Below the pieces are notes generated by a model that saw only the letters and a list, made by a program, of their open reading frames with translations, was not told the DNA's origin and made no database searches. DNA of 5,029 nucleotides. Source: a virus. Within the stretch, counting starts at the first letter, position 1. Each line of letters starts with the position of its first letter. A program made the translations under genes and the position numbers. The stretch spans positions 1 through 5,029 of IMG/VR virus record IMGVR_UViG_3300017613_000479; one strand, written 5' to 3'. Shown here piece after piece: positions 4,196 to 5,029 of this stretch.

Positions 4196-5029
4196 AAGTT
4201 TCTCTCTAACATTTTAAATTGAACTTTTTTAACGTCTTCGCGTTGTTTTAATCTCGAGGGCGTTATCTCTTTTGCCATCCGTAAAGCTGCTTCCATTCGT
4301 TTATCCTTAATTCTTTTATGTCCTTCCAAGTCTATTTTTTCATACAGGTCTTGATAGTATTTTGGAGGTTGAATTTCTTTGCCTCTGATTATTACTGAAT
4401 CATGTTCGTATACATCGTCTTTATAGTGTTGGAACCAATCGTGGCCAATGCCTGGTCTCCGTGACATGTTGGTGTATTCTGGTATGTTTTCAGTTTTTCC
4501 TATTTCTCCTGTTTCTATGTCTATAGTTTCTCGTTCGTAATGTTGGAGGCCTTTAGAGCATGTTGCTTTGTTGCGGTCTCCGTTAATTTTTTTAGCTACG
4601 TATCTTGCTATATATGCTGCTGATTCGAATGTTACATCTCCGATAGTTACGAATCCTTTTCCCCATATTTTTTCTAGTTCTTTAGATTTGTATAGGGTTA
4701 TGTTATTTCTTACTGAGTAGATTTCTTTATCTTTGAAGTCCATGCCAAAGAGGCATGCGTGATAATGTGGTCTACCTATTAATTCTCTACCTATTGAATC
4801 TTTTTCTTTGTTTCCTGTTTCGTCATATACTGATCCGTATTCTCCGCATTGGTAATATCTGACTTTTCCTTTTTTCTTTCTGAGTCGCTTCATGAATTTC
4901 TGGAAGTGACTTTTTTTTAAACCGTTGTCCTCTGGTAAGTTTTCGTTGTTGTACGTTAGTGTTATAAAGCTGTTATGCCTATGCATTGAGGCTTCATGTA
5001 CACATCGGATAGCCCATTGTCTTGATCTG
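4192..5029 (-). CDS. VP4: Rolling-circle replication initiator (HUH endonuclease, Microviridae VP4), main body. The ORF runs off the window end and continues at 122..255 through the circular junction, giving 323 aa in total.
   Basis: The track ORF is 264 aa and stays open upstream of its first Met. It carries motif I FITLTY, the HUH motif HYHACLF (4747..4767), and a catalytic Tyr pair in YIARYVAKK (Tyr codons at 4612..4614 and 4600..4602). The stop overlaps the VP5 start as ATGA (4192..4195). Confidence 0.93.
   Translation of the reverse strand, partial: RSRQWAIRCVHEASMHRHNSFITLTYNNENLPEDNGLKKSHFQKFMKRLRKKKGKVRYYQCGEYGSVYDETGNKEKDSIGRELIGRPHYHACLFGMDFKDKEIYSVRNNITLYKSKELEKIWGKGFVTIGDVTFESAAYIARYVAKKINGDRNKATCSKGLQHYERETIDIETGEIGKTENIPEYTNMSRRPGIGHDWFQHYKDDVYEHDSVIIRGKEIQPPKYYQDLYEKIDLEGHKRIKDKRMEAALRMAKEITPSRLKQREDVKKVQFKMLERNL
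4909..5029. repeat. Terminal redundancy, copy 2 (identical to 1..121).
   Basis: Same comparison as copy 1. The offset is 4908 nt, which gives a unique circle of 4908 nt. Confidence 0.95.

Noticed and set aside
4984-4986. Met at 4984..4986 as the true Rep start, as given by the ORF track.
   Set aside because: No ribosome-binding motif precedes it. The frame is open upstream through the circular junction, and the additional 59 residues carry conserved Rep N-terminal features.
1-5029. tRNA, rRNA, CRISPR repeats, integrase, transposase, toxin-antitoxin pairs.
   Set aside because: I saw no periodic repeats, no cloverleaf-like G/C-rich 70-90-nt segments, and no ORFs with such motifs. The coding strand is almost fully occupied by the genes listed.

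Overview
The window is one complete, circularly permuted genome of a Gokushovirinae-like microvirus (ssDNA phage, Microviridae). It is shown as the complement of the coding strand, so every credible gene is on the - strand. Bases 1-121 are identical to 4909-5029, so the unique circle is 4908 nt. The replication gene reads straight through that junction. Gene order in the coding direction (right to left) is: Rep/VP4 (323 aa, wraps the junction), VP5 (ATGA overlap), two tandem hairpins, a 58-aa ORF absent from the ORF track, a 97-aa ORF with the zinc-site motifs of LAS/M15 cell-wall peptidases, VP1 major capsid, VP2 pilot protein, VP3 scaffold, a hairpin-rich intergenic region, a 48-aa ORF absent from the track, and a 41-aa very basic ORF8/J-like protein absent from the track, which leads back into Rep. 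The five core genes are recognised by family-typical motifs. The most interesting content is the two-gene insert (58-aa ORF plus mini M15-like peptidase) between VP5 and VP1. It is translationally wired into the capsid operon and is a candidate enzymatic lysis or cell-wall module, in a phage group for which I know of no assigned lysis gene. The peptidase-like protein has no signal peptide, and I found no clear holin. The 48-aa ORF, with a short hydrophobic N-terminus and a Lys-rich tail, is the only weak candidate partner. Purine-rich Shine-Dalgarno motifs precede almost all genes, which suggests an SD-using host (inference only). I found no tRNA, rRNA, CRISPR array, integrase or transposase. 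All homology statements come from reading motifs by eye; no searches were run.
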